DNA of 64,000 nucleotides, from assembly GCA_035084275.1 (NCBI GenBank), contig CM068744.1, positions 17,360,001 through 17,424,000 of the forward strand, read 5' to 3'. This stretch comes from Hydrolagus colliei (taxonomy: Eukaryota). Made by a program: the position numbers and the translations under genes. Under the pieces are notes generated by a model. The model worked only from the letters and a program-made list of their open reading frames with translations. It ran no database searches and was not told the DNA's origin. Positions 63,786-64,000 of the stretch are shown here, piece after piece (positions within the stretch are counted from its first letter, which is position 1; each line of letters starts with the position of its first letter).

Positions 63786-63893
63786 GAGTTCTGACGAAGG
63801 GTCGTGAACCCGAAACATTGACTCACTTTTCCTTTCTCCATAGATGCTGCCTGGCCTGCTGAGTGTACCCAGTGATTTCTGTTTTTTTTGTTT
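63786..63893 (+). mobile_element. Penelope-like terminal remnant with minimal hammerhead ribozyme motif
   Basis: GAGTT-CTGACGA-A-GGGT(cgtga)ACCC-GAAA-CATT-GACTC: stems I and II pair; homologous to 8075-8174. Confidence 0.72.
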
Positions 63894-64000
63894 CATGATA
63901 ACAACACCCAAATGCTTGGAAGTGCTATCTTAGTTTGCTACTCAGGGGACCTGTTTCCTAAGCTTGAATGGCATTTAATATGTTACTTTACAGGACATCA

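Overview
This 64 kb window is AT-rich, repeat-dense vertebrate non-coding DNA (intronic or intergenic). Its repeat content (Deu-domain SINEs, L2 and CR1 LINEs, Penelope-type ends, Harbinger relics) suggests a cartilaginous fish, possibly a holocephalan; this is an inference. I see no confident host protein-coding gene. Most long ORFs in the track are LINE reverse-transcriptase fragments, their antisense frames or simple-repeat translations. There is one candidate minus-strand exon (21829-21938). The most notable structures are: (1) two Penelope-type remnants carrying a minimal type I hammerhead ribozyme fold (8075, 63786); (2) a CpG-rich non-autonomous hAT family, with two copies each flanked by a perfect palindromic 8-bp TSD, the longer carrying ZNF143/YY1/NRF1-like motifs and a G-rich minisatellite; (3) a composite Tigger-like element with a polypurine core; (4) two L2 3' fragments sharing a non-L2 5' junction, possibly a chimeric retroelement; (5) a 70-bp local duplication at an L2 5' junction; (6) a modular SINE series sharing the L2 3' hairpin; (7) decayed Harbinger transposases. 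Family names come from recalled consensus sequences, not database searches. Boundaries of old repeats are approximate. Nothing here proves a new biological system; these are leads.
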